From an uncultured Candidatus Binatia bacterium (GTDB taxonomy: Bacteria > Desulfobacterota > Binatia > UBA9968 > JAJDTQ01), in contig OZ219754.1 of the NCBI GenBank assembly GCA_964291295.2, forward strand, positions 928,001 through 992,000: a stretch of 64,000 nt of DNA, read 5' to 3'. The notes beneath the pieces were generated by a model, which worked only from the letters and a program-made list of their open reading frames with translations, had not been told where the DNA came from and did no database searches. This document shows positions 62,993 through 64,000 of this stretch, piece after piece (the stretch's first letter is position 1; every line of letters begins with the position of its first letter). The translations under genes and the position numbers were made by a program.

Positions 62993-64000
62993 TCATCGTG
63001 GAGACCGAAAGCGCCGGCTGTCGCCGCCCCGGTCTTGAGCCGGGGCACCACCGTTCTCCGACATCTCTTTCCGCAGTTCGCTCAGGTCGTGGCGGATGTG
63101 CTCGGCGATTTCCTCCACTTCCTTCGCCACCCGCGGTTCCAGGCCGAGGTCCTTTTCCAGCGCCGTCGTGAGCGGCAGCATCAGGTCGGACACGGGCGAC
63201 GCCCGGATCAGATCGCGCATTCTCTCCAGCCCGAGTTCGACCGCCATGGCCGTCAAAGCGTCGATAACCTCTTTTCGCGGAACTTTGACTGTATGCAGAA
63301 CCGTCAACGCCGTCTCGACATCCCGCATGCACGCCTCGACATGGTCCTCATGCAGGTACGCCCGGGCGCGGAGCATATACGCCCGTGCAACCGTATCCTG
63401 AGTTTCCGACGCGGGGCTCTTGCCGAAGCGATTGATGACGTCATTCGACACGGACCGTGCTTCCTCCCACCGTTTCAATGCAAGGAGAGCGGCGGCCTTG
63501 TTTTCCAGCGCCATGGCGACATGGTTCAGAATTTCAGGTGTCTCACTCTTTCCGAAGCGCCCGATCAGACGACTCGTGGCGCTCACAGCTTCCTCAAGCC
63601 GGCCCAGCTTGCGAAGGCCGGCGCATTTCCAGTACATGGCCATCGCGACGACGCAGCAAACCGGACGTGCATCGCTCTCTTCGAAGCCACTGACGACATC
63701 GTCCCAGATGGCGAACGCTTCATTCGGACGTTTCAACGCTGCCAGCGCGGTCCCTTTGCTGAATAGAGCTGTCGCTATGGCGATAGAATACCTCCCAGGA
63801 TCGATTGCCCTGGAATGCCGAACAACTTCATCGCATGCATGGATCGCGTCCTCCATCCGACCATCCGCGAAAAGTGCTCTCACATTCTTGAGCAAACCCA
63901 CGATGTCCCACGACAGGGCGGGTGCGACGGGAGACTCGCCCGGCCGACCGGCGAAGGCAGCCTGGGCAAGCGAATGCAACTCCTCGCGGTGCGCTTCGAG
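62993..64000 (-). CDS. TPR-repeat protein, C-terminal part (5' end outside window)
   Basis: Repeated ALFSKG..L..L.R..EA...D.V..RF helices; frame open to the window edge. Confidence 0.8.
   Translation of the reverse strand, partial: LEAHREELHSLAQAAFAGRPGESPVAPALSWDIVGLLKNVRALFADGRMEDAIHACDEVVRHSRAIDPGRYSIAIATALFSKGTALAALKRPNEAFAIWDDVVSGFEESDARPVCCVVAMAMYWKCAGLRKLGRLEEAVSATSRLIGRFGKSETPEILNHVAMALENKAAALLALKRWEEARSVSNDVINRFGKSPASETQDTVARAYMLRARAYLHEDHVEACMRDVETALTVLHTVKVPRKEVIDALTAMAVELGLERMRDLIRASPVSDLMLPLTTALEKDLGLEPRVAKEVEEIAEHIRHDLSELRKEMSENGGAPAQDRGGDSRRFRSPR

Overview
GC-rich bacterial window with no rRNA, tRNA or CRISPR array. Bases 1-27.3 kb are mostly core or metabolic genes: pilB-pilC-pilin, a gentisate-type cupin dioxygenase, an unusual GPP34/GOLPH3-cytochrome P450 fusion operon with a small-molecule kinase and an MFS exporter, GST, a PPOX/F420-type protein, a dihydroxyphthalate-decarboxylase-like protein, DUF1015, purE, purD, purH, alr, a tRNA-binding protein, rubrerythrin-DUF3501-Fur/PerR, an MBL-fold protein, gdhA and a KamA-like radical SAM enzyme. 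Between purH and purD sits a 1.7 kb element made of two inverted IS630 3' ends around an Rpn nuclease gene that has an internal antitoxin-like start. Bases 27.8-64 kb are mostly accessory or defence genes: an ankyrin protein, a PD-(D/E)xK-like protein, an IS5 remnant, an OLD-type ATPase-TOPRIM protein, an Lhr helicase with a 0.7 kb higher-order repeat insertion, a small ORF plus Clp-fold protease, an orphaned RHH antitoxin, a 17 kb type I R-M locus, a frameshifted SWIM-SNF2 helicase and a TPR protein. The R-M locus is the most notable part. hsdM and fic are followed by four 26-bp palindromes, then a HEPN RNase whose MNT antitoxin is fused to HsdS, then about 9 kb of defence-like cargo containing two leftover copies of the hsdR 5' end, then intact hsdR. 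Short tandem duplications occur at many gene boundaries. The gene content is suggestive of a host-associated (possibly sponge-symbiont) deltaproteobacterium, but that is inference only. All family assignments come from motif recognition by eye; no searches were run.
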